Source of the DNA: Fonticula alba ATCC 38817
Lineage: Eukaryota; Protista; Nucleariida
Strand: one strand, 5' to 3'
Assembly (NCBI GenBank): GCA_000388065.2
Contig: KB932213.1
Length of the DNA stretch: 50,035 nt
Part shown: positions 36,201 through 48,167 of the stretch, piece by piece
Position numbering within the stretch: the first letter of the stretch is position 1
Layout of the letters: each line of letters starts with the position of its first letter
Made by a program: the position numbers and the translations under genes
The notes under the pieces: model-generated
Told to the model about the DNA's origin: nothing
Databases searched by the model: none
Seen by the model: only the letters and a program-made list of their open reading frames with translations

Positions 36201-36257
36201 CGGCCCCCTCTCGCCCGTGTCCCAGCCACCCGCCTGGGCGTCTCTCTCTCCCCTCGC

Positions 36258-36296
<39 letters not shown>

Positions 36297-38770
36297 CCCT
36301 CCCTTGGCCCCTTCTCTGCCCCTCCCCCCCCCCCGGAGCGCCCAAACACTCCCCCCTTGCCCCGCACGCCCCGGGGACCTGTCTCGTGGCCTGCACGGGT
36401 CACGAGCAGGCACCCCCCGCGGCGCCGGCGTCCTTGCGGGCCGGCTGCCGACAAGCCGAATACCCGCGCAGCCCGGCCACACATCGGGGCTGGGATCGCG
36501 ACCGCGCGCGCACGACCCGGCGATGCGGCACAACATCCCCCCCCGGCGGCCACAGCCGCCCGTGGCGTCCGGGGCGGTGCGGCGCCCTGGGCCCGGCGGC
36601 TTAACACGCCCTAGCGCCCTTGTTACCGGGGGAGGCCGGCCTCCATGCTGCGGTGGAAGGCCGCCGCGGTCCCGGCCATCGGCGGCCGTAGCGGGCCGGC
36701 TTCCACAGGCCTCCTGCCTGCGGGCCACTCTCAAGGGGGGGGGGGGGGCGGCCCGGACCCCGGCACATATCGGGCCCGCTGCCGGGGGCTGGTCCCCCGG
36801 CCCCGCCCGCCTGCTTCCAGGGAGCGGAGCACCAGCTGACATCGCCCCCCCCCCCCCCCCCGCCCAGGGAGCTGCAAAGTGCCTTCCGGCCGGCGTACGG
36901 GCTGCCAGGCCTGGCCGGGGAAGCGCATTCACCAGGCCAGCAGGGAGCAGCCCTCTCGCGCCCCCCGTCCCATGCGGCCGCACACACCCCCTCCGACGGA
37001 TCGGTCCCCCGTCGCCCTCCAGCCGCGCCGCAGAGCCTCGCCCTTTTTCGGGCGCACGCCAGGTCGCAGGCCCTCGGGGCTTTGGACGCGGGTCCCCCGG
37101 CAGACTCGCTGGTCGCGCTCGGGCCCCCCCTCGGCCCCCCGCAGACCGGCCCCGAGCGGAGGGGCCTCTTCCAACGCGCAGCACCAAGCGTTGGGCGGCA
37201 CCGGAACGCTGCCCGAGCAACCCCCCCCCGGCCGGCCCCTACCCCGTCAGGCGTGCACCGAGGCGGCGCGCAGCCCACGCACGTACGCACGTCGCCACCC
37301 AACGAAAGCATCGCGGAGCACCGGACGAATTCCAGGCGGGCCCGGGTTCTTCAGGAGGAGTATCTCCCTGGGAAATGCGCCGAATATGTGCGTCATGTTG
37401 GCCATTTTACCAACAACAAAAGTCAACATACTGAAATCTCGACACGAGAACACCGCAACCTAACCCCGCAGAGCAATAACACCCGGGCCACACACAATTG
37501 AGCCGACGCACAGGTGGATACATGCACCAAACCCCGGAGAAGAGGAGGATCACATGCACGATCACGCAAGAGGGCGTTCCCTTCGCGGCTGCCCCGCCAC
37601 CCAGCCCCTCCGGCTGGCCGGGGGTGGTGCACCGCCCCCNNNNNNNNNNCCCCCCCTCCTTGTGCCCAGGGGCTATTTTTTTTCGGGTCTCCAGTGGGCA
37701 ATTTGCGGCGATGGAGTTTGTTTTCAGTCAGGCCTCCGTGCGTGACTCAAATTTGGTAGCATGGTTTCCCCTCCCTGCCCACTATGCTCGCCCCCCGGCT
37801 GACCCCATACATGTTGCAAGGCCCCGGGCGGCCACTTTCCGAGGGCCATCCCGGCGTCCTCTTGCGTTACCGGTGTGCGTGTGCGCGTGCGTGTGGGAGC
37901 CTCCTGCCTCCCGCGCGCCCGGTTTTCAGGGCCGCCCGGCACGCTGTTGCGCGGGTTGATGCTGGCCAGCCAACCAACCAACCAACCCGCAGGAGACGAC
38001 GGTTGGGCCCACGTGCGCCCCGGTCCGTCCCCCCCGTTCGCCAGAGGCGGCGATGGACTCTAGTCGGACCTTCCAGCAGCCAGGGCTGTGTGTGTCTGTG
38101 TGTGTGTGTGTGTGTGGGCCGGTGTCGAAGAGTCCCTGCCCCCCTGGGGGTCCAGTGGGCCGCCTCGGCCTGAGAGTGTTGGCCCGGCGGAGACGGCGCC
38201 CTCTCCCGGCCCCTGCCCGATGTGGGGACCCCTTTTGCAGCCTCTACGGGGCTGCCCGTCCCCCGCGTGTTTCTTGGTCCCTTTCTCGCGCGCCGTGTCC
38301 TTCGGGGCTTCCCCCCTCCCCCCGGACTCGCCCGGCGCCCGGGGGAGATTGCCAGGCCCCGGGGCCGCCGGGGCCGGGGGGGACCCGCACGCGACCGGCC
38401 GGCGGCTCCTATGAACCGGCGGATCGCCGCCCGGTCCAGCAACCGGGCCGGGCGGCGGTGTGTCGGCCGTCGCTTCCCCCCTCGATAGGGGTCGGGGCCC
38501 AGGGTGGGCCGAGGCGATTCGCCTCCGCTCCCTTTCCCCCCTGGTGTCTCTCTCCCTCTCCCTCTCCCTCTCCCTCTCTCTCTTTCTCGCTTTCATAAAT
38601 TCCGCCCCTGTCGGCGCTGGCTCCCATCCGGTCCCTCCCATAGGCGTCCGCCTTCCATCCACCAATCCCCTGTTGCCCCTTCCTCCTTCTCTTCCGGCTC
38701 CTTCTCTTCCACCTTCTCCTTCGTTCGTTCGTCTGCTTTCTTGCCCCTCCCCACCCCCCGTCTTCAGCTA

Positions 38771-41700
38771 ATGCCAGACCTGGGCCCCCCCGCCTGCCGG
38801 CCTGACGCCCGGAGGTGTCAGCCCGGTGTTCTGGCCCTGCGCCTGTGGCTGCTGCTGTCGCTGCTGTTGGTCTTCCTGGACCGCGCGCGCGGCACGTCCG
38901 ACATCTCGGACCGTTCGGAGCTCGTCATCCCGAGAGTCACCTTCTTCGAAGCACAGACCGGCTTCATCAACCACTACTTCCATCCGTTCTCCTTCGTCCC
39001 GGCCCTCCCCCTGCCGCCGGCCAATGGGCGAAACGCCATCCGAACATGCAACGACACGTGCGTCCTCCTGCTGTGTCCGCACCCCGATGCCCTCCACACG
39101 CGCCCCCGAGTATCTCTCCTCCCCCCTCGCCCTCGCCCTCCCTCTGCTCATTCCCCTCCCGTCCCCTCATCCTCTCTCTCTCTCTCTGTCTCTCTCTCGC
39201 CCATCGCCCCCGGCCCTTGTCCTCGGCCAGCGACTGCCCCCGGCGCTGCGTCCTGGAATTCGGTGATGTGGGCTTCCAGGTGCTCATGTACCCCACGAGC
39301 CTGGTCCAGCACTACTCCGACCTGCGCAGCATCAACGACATCTCCTCCTGCATGTCCGGCATGCTGGCCATGTCCACATTCAACTTGGACTCCCTGGGTG
39401 ATCTGGAGTCGGGCCAATTCCTGGACAGCACGGCCCCCAAGCTGACCGGCGCCCGCAGCCTCACCCCGTCGCAAAAGGCCCTCCTAGCGCGTCATGGCTG
39501 TGCCGACCTGGCCTGCTTGTATGCCCTGTCCATTGCGGACCTGCAGTTGGAGCATTCCTTCTGCTCGACCTATGTGTCCGTCGTGAATCCCTTCCGCAAG
39601 GAGGATCACTCCGTCGGGTACACCGTGTCCGATGCCGAGTATGTGCATGGTCCCTTCCCCCAGGCCCTGGTCCGAGCATGTTTGGTCAATGCCCTCGCCG
39701 ACTTCCTCCCTCCCGAGGCGGCCACCATGCCGCCGGACTCGGTCGAGCGCATCCTCCACTGGGCGGAGTTCGGCTGGCCGGCGGCATTCATGCAGACCGG
39801 CTCCGCACCGGCCGAGCCCTTCCCCGAATCCTTGCCTCTCCTGCCGGCCGGCTCGCAGATCCCCTCGGCCCGGATGTGCCTCAGCTTCACCTGGCCATTG
39901 GATGTCTACATGCGGGCGCTATCGACTCAGGTCCAGCGCGACTCCCTCCGCCGGCTGCTCGCCCCCGCCGAGCAGACGGCCATCATGCGCGTTGATCCGT
40001 CCTACTTTGGCGACGCTCTCGCTTGTACGTGTGATCTTTCCTCTTCCCCCCTTTCCCTGCCCCCAGCTGGCCCCACCGGCCTCTGACACGCACCTGCACG
40101 ACTGTTTCCCTCTCCTCCTCACCCTTTCCCGTACCTTCACCTTCGCTCTCATCTTCACCTTCACCAATTCCCCCCCCCCCCCCCCNNNNNNNNNNNNNNN
40201 NNNNNNNNNNNNNNNNNNNNNNNNNNNNNNNNNNNNNNNNNNNNNNNNNNNNCCCCCCCCCCCCCCCCTCCTCTTCTCTTATTGCCCTCCCTCTGCCTTC
40301 TCCTGCCTAGACGCCAATCTGGCCCAGGACTCCGCTCTCTTTGGTGGTCTTATCCCCTTGTGCGAGGATGTCATTAGTAGCATTGGGTCTGGCTCTGGGG
40401 GTCTCGGCTCTCCCATGCCTCCCTTTTTCCCGCCAGCCGACAGCTCTGCATCCTCTTCTGGCAGTGCTTCGGCCCCGGCTTCGGGCTCGGCCCCAGCTTC
40501 GGGCTCGGCTCCTGGCAGCGGCTCGGCCCCGGCTCCTGGCAGCGGCTCGGCCCCGGGTTCCAGGCCGGATGAGGGTGTCCCCTCACTGTCCGGTTCAAAT
40601 TCCATGTCATCTGGGCCCGAACATACGACGCCTGTGGATCCAGGCCCCGCCAAGGCATACGGCGTCCCCCTGGCCGATGACTGGCATGCGCGACTCATGT
40701 CTCGCTGGTCTCAGGATGACGAGATGTTTGCCAGTACGCGTTGTTGGCCCTCCCCTCGCCGCCCTGAAGCCCATCCCGTTTCCCAGCCGAATCTCACCGC
40801 TGGTCCCCCCCCCCCCCCCCCCCCCGTCTCCAGTGCTATCTTGCCCTGCCAGCGAGCTCAAACACAGTCCCGGCTATTGCGGCTGTGGCATGCGCGACCC
40901 CCCCGCATCGGTGACGCCCCCGGTGGACCCCACCGACGAGGAATATGGTCGTTACTGCCTGCGTGCGCTCCCTTTCCCCCATACCTCCGCCGCCTCCCCT
41001 ACCGCATGCTGCACCCCACCCTGCCACCCCGCCAGCCCCCTTGTTCACCATCTCCATGACGTCATTCATCTCTCCCCCCCCCCCCCCCCTCGGATGCACA
41101 CACAGCCTCCTGCCTGGCCCTCGAGCTGGAGAACGGCAACCAGCCAACCGGGCTGCCCTGTGACTGTCTGTTGGCCCTGTTCGAGGTATCCATGGACTTT
41201 TACATCCCCATCGGCGTGACGCATCCCATGGTGTCGGTGGTGCCGCTCCTGCGCATGGACTACGACATCTATGGTGCCATGCTTTTCGACGGGCTACTCT
41301 TGCCGGAGGGCTTCTCCTGTGCCTTCTTCACCGGCGACGAGAGCGCCTCCTCGGATTCCTCCGGTTCGGAGGACGTCCCCTGGATTGAAACCCCCCCGGG
41401 CATCATCGTCGTTGTGATGCTCAGTCTGGCCGGTGCCGGGAGTCTGGGCTTTGGCGCATACTCGCTGATGATGCGCCTGCTGGTGGTCCAGGTGGGTGGC
41501 CCCACTCACTTGACCTTCCTCCGGCCAGTCGGCTCACCGGACGACGAGGAGGCCAGCGACTCCGACAGCGAGTTGGGCCCGAGTTTCGGCGGCGTCGAAC
41601 TCCACGAGCTGGGCCCCGTCCGACGCCTGTCCTCGGATTCAATCATGTCCGAGGTGTTCATGGACCTGGATGGCATCTCGTCCGACAAGCAGGGCTCGGT

Positions 41701-44700
41701 TTGGCCACCCTCCAGTGGCGACGATCGTGACTCCTCCCTCGAGGACATGGTCCGTGAAAGTATCCGCCGAATGGAGTCCCATCCCGAGTATGCCCACGGG
41801 CCTGCGCCGATGATCGGCCGGTATGCCCCGACTGTCCAGGATCCCATTGCGACTCCCGTGTCCTTCATCCAATTATCGGGATCCGACGAGAGTGCCTCCC
41901 TCTCGGAGTACGGCCAGCAAGTGCAATGTCTCATCGATGAGACTGCCAGCAGTCAGGCAGTGGTCGATATGTTGCTGGGCGTTGACTCCCAGGGCTTTGC
42001 CCTGATCCACTATGCCATCCAGGCCGATGATGTCCACTTGGTTGAACTACTGGCGCGGGAGCTCTCGAGTGCCATCCAGCGCATTTACCCGCACGGCACC
42101 TATGGGGCTTCCCGTCCGCCCGCTGTCTGCACGGCTCCCCCCGAGCCGAGTCTCATCACCAGCAATCCCTCCCTCCTTCAGAACCTCCAAAAGCACCTGC
42201 TCTCTGGCGATCTCAAGAAGGCGGCGCTGCTCCGGCTGCTGGACCTGCGTAATCCCGCCGGACAGACGCCCCTTCATCTTGCCGCGGCTGGTCGCCTTCG
42301 ATCGATGACCTGGGCCCTGGTGGGGATCTTCACCACCGCTCAGCTTGACCCGATCATGGTTCAGCACATCCTCCTGGCCGTCGATCGGTCGGGCAACTCG
42401 CTCTTGCATGCGGCTTGCTCCTTCCACCGGTCGCATGCCATTCTGCCGCTGACCATCGTCGACAATCCGGCGCACGCCGGCTTCACCATCTGCAAGCAGC
42501 AGACCCTCAATGGCATGGCCGGTCACATCTTGTCCTCCATCGGCCGGGAGCTCATCAAGGTCGGCAGCCTTGGTCTGGCCCTGGCCATGGTCAACCTCAC
42601 CCATGAGACGCCGCTGCATGTGGCCTGCTCGGCACTCGACATCTCGGCCATCCGGTGGATTTTGAAGAACATGATCGGCGGCTCGCCTGCCGCCTCGCCG
42701 GCCGACTTCCCCCCCACTCCGCACAGTGCTTCGCCGGCCAATGGGCTGTCCAGCGGCTCCCCCACGCCCTCGGGTCATGAAATCTCGCCGGAGATGTTCG
42801 GCCTGAAATCCTTCTCCCTCAATGCTCGGGATATCTATGGCGACACGGCGATCGTCATGACGGTCCGCGCGTCGGCCCTACTGCATGATAGCTGTGCATT
42901 GGCCATCGACCGAGTGCTCCGGGTCCCGGAATGGACCTCCGGACCGACATCCCCCCTTCGTCAGGAGATCAGCCAGTACCAATATTATTTGGACCACTTG
43001 TCGTCGCAGTGCCTGCAACAATTGCTAGCCTGCCCCGGAGTGCAGGTTCTCCCGCCGGGGGAGTTCCTCAGCACCGAGATGCCGGTCCAAAGCCACTCGC
43101 CGCTCTTCTGGGCCTCCTCCCTCAACCTTCCCATGACCTTGTCGCTGTTGGTGCACCATGTGGCGGTTCTCTCGCAGGTGTCGCTCCTGGACAAGGCCAG
43201 TGGCGATGTGATGCCCTTCTACTTCCAGGCTCTGGAAGTGGCCATCCGCAATTGCTCCTCCCTGGCCCTACGCATTCTCCTGATGCCCTTCTCGCCGCGG
43301 GCTTCCATCGCCACCGCCGCCGATCATGACCATGTGTTGGCCTTCCTCTTTGGTCGGGCATCTCCCCATGCCGGTCAATATGCCCAAGGCGCCACGCAGG
43401 GCAGCATGGCCGGCCCCCTTCAGCAGGCACACCTGCTGGAGCTCAATCCCACCCTCGATCGGCAGCCCCTGTCCCTTGGCCGGGACTCCATGCGCCAGCT
43501 TCTCCACACGGCCTGGCGCCTGGACGAGGCCGGGCGGTCCTTTGTCACCGGGCTCCTGCTGCAGCACACTCTCCTGCCGGTGGCCAGAGGCAGCTTGCCA
43601 ACCGGCTGGCTGGTTGGGCCGTTGAATACGCATTTCCCGGCCCTTCTCCGGGCGACGGGCGCATCGCCGCTCGACCTGCTGACCGCACGCAACCTGGTCA
43701 CCCCCCTGCTGGGCCTGCCTCTGTCGGTATATGCTCAAGCTTTGGCCGAGTTGTTCAGCATGCAAATGCGTGAGGGGGACCTTTCGGCCTCGGGTGCCAC
43801 GCATGCTGGTGTGTCGCCCGGCACTGCCAGTGTCGCCGACAGCCCTGCCACCACCATCAGCACCACGTCCTCTCCGGGCGATGCGATTGTCCCCCTGACC
43901 CCGGCATCGGATGCCTCGAACTATCTCTCCGATGGTTATTACAATGGGCACTTTGCCGATGTGGACATGCTGTTCGATCCGCAGCACTCTTCCTCCTCCA
44001 CCGGAGGCCACTTCTCGTCGCCCCTGCCGGACCATCCCTTCCCGGGTCTCGGTCGGCGGCATTCGAAGGACTTCCTGTCCGCCGATGGCCATGCGATGGA
44101 GGAGGACTCGCACACCACCACCCCCCCCGGGGCCGCGCTGCAGGACTACTTCGACATGCATTCCGCCGACCTGGCCACCTACTCGTCGGCCATGCATGGC
44201 ACCCAGCCCGGCCCCCTGGGAATGGACTCCCTGCTGGCCTCGCCCTCGTCATTCAGCGGGACACCCACGCAGAGCTCCTCCTCGCCCGGTAAGAGCGGCC
44301 AAGAGGAGCAACCTCGCTCGGCCTCTTCTTCACAATCTCCCGGCCCCATCGGTGCCAATGCATCTGGCGAGCGTCTCGCGCAGCTTCTCTTTGCCCTGGG
44401 GCAGGATGGCCGCGGGGCGATCCACGCCGCGGCCGCCAGTGCCGACCTGTCGGCCATCGACCTGCTGCTGGGACTGGCGTATGTCCTTGGCCCGGCGGCC
44501 GCCTGTCGCTTGATCACCCTGGCCGATGCCAATGGCAACACCCTGGTCCACTTGCTGTGTGCTCACTTCCCGGAGACGCCGCTTGCCCAGCCATCCGGCC
44601 ATGGGTCCGCGATCCCGCAATCGGTGGCATGCCTGCGCCTGGTGTTGGACATGTACCCCCATTGCCGGATGCTGTGCATGGGCTCCCTCGCGGAGGCTCC

Positions 44701-45781
44701 CCCGCCGGCCCCGGGTCACCACTGGCCGACTGCCACTCAGATCCTGCGCTCGCGCAATCGCCTTGCCCAAACCCCCCTGCACATGGCGGCCTCCTCGCTC
44801 AATGTCCTGGCTGCCGGGATCCTCCTGTCGCACTGTGTGGAGGTGGACTCCGCCGATCAGGACGGACGAACCCCCATCCACTATGTGTGCTCCGGTTGCT
44901 ACTTCCCCGACGAGGAGGGGGGCGCCGTTGTGTGCCGGCCGCATGAGCGCCAGCGTCAGCTGGCGGCCGCCGGCCCGGCCGGCGCATCTGCCGACTGTGC
45001 TGACTCTCCGACCGGTTGCCTGGAGCTCAGCCACCGCCTGGTTCAGCTGCTGCTCAATGCCTCGGCCAATCCCACCTCGGTCGATGGGCACGGGCAGAAT
45101 CTCCTGCACATGTGCATCGTGGCCGGAGCCATTGGGCCCCTGTGTGCCCTCTTCGGCCTGGAAATCGGTCCGTTGGAGCGGTCGACCGCCGCGTCCTACC
45201 CGGTTGGCGGCCACCCGCTGTTCACGTACCTGGGCGTGTCGACCGGCAAGGGCGATGCCCCCACCGACCGGGTCCCCGGCCTCCGACACAGCCAAAGCAT
45301 CCAGCTGTGGTTCTCCCAGGATGCCAATGGCGATACACCCCTCCATTGGGCCTGCCGGACGGGCTTCTTGGCAGCGGTGGATCTCTTCATCCTAGCTCGG
45401 AGCCTGGTTCCCAGCTCGCTATCCACCCTGTCGGCCACCTCCGGGCCGTGGTTGGTGGCCAACAGTCGCGGCGAAACCCCCCTCTTCCTGGCCTGCCTGG
45501 AGGGGCATGCGCTGGTGGTCCTCAAGATCCTGCTGGCGGCCTTCGCCGACTCCGGAACCATCCCCCAGGTGGCCGGGCTGAGGGCCCTCTCGTTGGAGGG
45601 CCTGCAGCCGCGTGCCCTGGGCGTCGAGGCCACGAAGTCCCTGAAGCGGGCTCTCTCCGAGCAGCTCGACATGCAAGGCCGGAGTTGCCGGTCGGTGTCG
45701 GGCCCCGATGTGCAGGCGGTCTTCGCTCTGATCGCCACCGACCGGCGTCTCTTCCCACGGCAGCCGGTCCAGCTGGTTTAA
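38771..45781 (+). CDS. Large type-I membrane receptor-like protein with cytoplasmic ankyrin repeats; join(38771..39057,39231..40024,40311..40733,40834..40962,41106..45781), 2102 aa
   Basis: Four phase-compatible GT-AG introns; total 6309 nt. Signal-like segment VLALRLWLLLSLLLVFLDRARG and TM GIIVVVMLSLAGAGSLGFGAYSLMM (~41399-41475). About 12 ankyrin-like motifs, e.g. GQTPLHLAA, ETPLHVAC, QTPLHMAA, GRTPIHY, GDTPLHWAC, GETPLFLAC. Confidence 0.85.
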
Positions 45782-46950
45782 TCAATAGACCTGTCACCTT
45801 CCCCAGATATTGTTGCTTGCCATCCGTGCAAAGGGGGGGGGGGGGTGGCACCAAGGAGGGCTCTCCAACACGGGTCCGACCGGTCGGCAGGTGAGGCGCC
45901 CCGGGCGGCGGGGGTCCTGGCTGCGTGTCAGCGGGGGGCAAAATCCAGGTGGGTGCGCGGGGCGTGGACGTGGGCCAAAGGCTTCCGCTTGTTCGGCAGG
46001 GTATCACCGGCGGTGTCGCCCTCGCCTGACGCTGCCCGGTAGTTGGGCAACACACCTGGGGGCCACAGCCGTCCGGTGGTCTCGGTAAGGAGTGTGGGCA
46101 ATGTCGGCAAGGCAGCTGCCAAGAAAAAGGAGGATACCCGGAGAGTGGAGCCTCGCGGGTGCTTGCTGCGGGGATCCCTCGGTAGTCATCCGGTTCCACA
46201 GGCACCCATGGTGTGTCCGCTGTTCAGTGAGGGATGTGCCACGCGAGGGAGGTCGATTCCACCGGCCAGGCGGCCGCCTGTGTTGCTGGCAAATCCCCCT
46301 AGTCAAAGAAGACGCTCGGAGCAAGTGGCCGTGGGAAGGGCAGGGAGGAGGCCGCAGCAAGAAGGGCGCGACCAAGCCGGAGCAAGCCCTGGCCGGAAGA
46401 CGGCGCTGGTGGACTTGGAGCCGGTTGGGCCTCTGGGAAGAGGGCCCAGGGCACCGGTGGCCTGGCGGACTGTCGGCGCTGAGTTTAAACGCTCACATGG
46501 ATCGAGGGCCATCAAAGGCAGGCTAGTCGCATAGGCTCTCTTTCAAGGCGATGCCCCTACGAGAGAGCGGTGTGGTGGTGGTGAAAGATGGCGGAGGAGC
46601 CGACACCAGGGTGGTCAGGTGCCAGATGTCCGCGCAGCCCGATGGGCCAGGAGGATATCGTGCCACAAGGGCCCGGGGCATGAGGAAAGGAGGGCAACAC
46701 GCTCTTGCTCTCCCAAACACCTCGGGTCCCGAGCAGGGGAGGAGGGATAGGAAAAGAACCAACATGCGGCGCTGGCGTCCCAGGCCAGAGTGCGGAGGCA
46801 TCGGCTTGCCAGGGCCCAAAGGACGAGTGAAGGAAACGGGTCAGAATGAGGAGGAGGGCAATGTCCGAAGCTGGCGCTGGTCGCGGCGCGGCATAAAGCA
46901 TGCGTGGCGGCTGCCGGGAGGCAGGATGAAGGACCGAGCTCTGACAACAT

Positions 46951-47160
46951 AGCATGAAATGTACAGTTCATCGTAAAGGAATATAATACTAGCGATATGT
47001 TTTGTAAGACACAATAATTGTCACTAGGGTCCGATAAATGCAAATTCCGGGCACTTTTTTGTAATAAAACAATCTATTGAAGTAAACAATATCACATCAT
47101 TAAACATACACATCTAGCAATTTTTCCATATTATCTTCATCAACAATTAATGGCACTCTC
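46951..47160. other. AT-rich island (~31% GC by hand count) between convergent genes; contains AATAAA at ~47063
   Basis: Counted 65 G+C in 210 nt against a roughly 70% GC background. It lies between the 3' ends of the ankyrin (+) and MICU (-) genes. Confidence 0.7.
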
Positions 47161-48167
47161 ATGCCTCTGACCGCTCCGGGTCTTCCCGCCCGGGTGTTGT
47201 TGTTCCCGGGTTCGGTGTCATTGACATCGGCTTGCCTGCGCCTCGCCACCCTCTTCCTTGCCAAAAACTGCCTCTCGCGGGAAAGCCGCCTGTGGGAGGA
47301 CCCTGGCCAGTTGGATGCCCATACAAGCCTGAGTACTCTTGAGGGGGGGATCGCTGGCCGACCGGCTTTCATTGCTCCAGCTCTCTCGTCGGCGCTTACT
47401 ACTGTGGATTGTCGGCTTCCGGCTTGCCATTCCCGGGGTGCCCTTCCTTATGTTTAATTGAGCTTCGGCTTTGATCGCCCCAAATTAAGCCCACCCACTC
47501 GCCTTCCCTCCGCCCCTCCCAGCACCGAGGGCAGCTGCCCTCCGCCGGGAGGGGAACCCCTTTTCCCGACCGTGCTCTGCCTGGTCCCTTCGGGAGATCT
47601 TCCCTTTTTGAGGATGCCCGATCGACACGGCCTCGGTCCATTCTCGTCGTGTCAGGGGTCCCCACCTTCTTGCGCGTTTCTTGCCTGTTGGTCCCACCTC
47701 TGGGGTGTTGAATTGGGGAAGCACAAAATCCTTGCCCGGAAGAGGTATTCCTGGCTGATGGTCCGCCGTCCGCTCCTCGTGGGAGGATGCCTTGGCTTAT
47801 CGAGGCTGGCAGGGATGGGACCCTTTCGGTGCGAGATCTCGCCGGCTGGGGGTCGTCTGTCGGCCAAGCCTTCGCACAGGCACTTATGGGGGACGGTGCC
47901 TGGCAATGCGCCTCCCCAGGAGCATGGCCCGGTGTTGGCGGTTCGCGCATGAGACCTCCCTGCCGGGGTATGAGTGTGCGGTCCACCAAGGAGGCCGCCA
48001 GCCTTGGAGTCCCCCGTGGTCTGGCCCGGCCGAGTCCTCCATCCCACGCGTCACGAACAGCCAAAAAGTCACACGGTGTATTGGACAGCTAAAACTGAAA
48101 AACATGCCCCTCCCTTCGTGACGGCCAGCATGTGCAAGGGTCACTGCTGTTGGGAAATAAAGTCCAA

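Larger units (their letters stand above)
4918..40251. other. Ten assembly gaps (N runs)
   Basis: 4918-5121, 7036-7292, 13027-13071, 22235-22629, 25248-25467, 29892-30291, 33314-33498, 35100-35383, 37640-37649, 40186-40251. Most abut poly-C/G or simple repeats. Confidence 0.95.

Noticed and set aside
37457-37468. AACCTAACCC as a telomerase RNA template
   Set aside because: It does not give 1.5 copies of a TTAGGG template and is better explained as a CTAAC branch point before the CAG acceptor at 37469-37471.
45800-48100. Transposon or horizontally acquired gene in short ORFs (e.g. 47100..47372, 47458..47952)
   Set aside because: No RT, integrase or transposase motifs, terminal repeats or target-site duplications recognised; kept only as an unexplained compositional zone.
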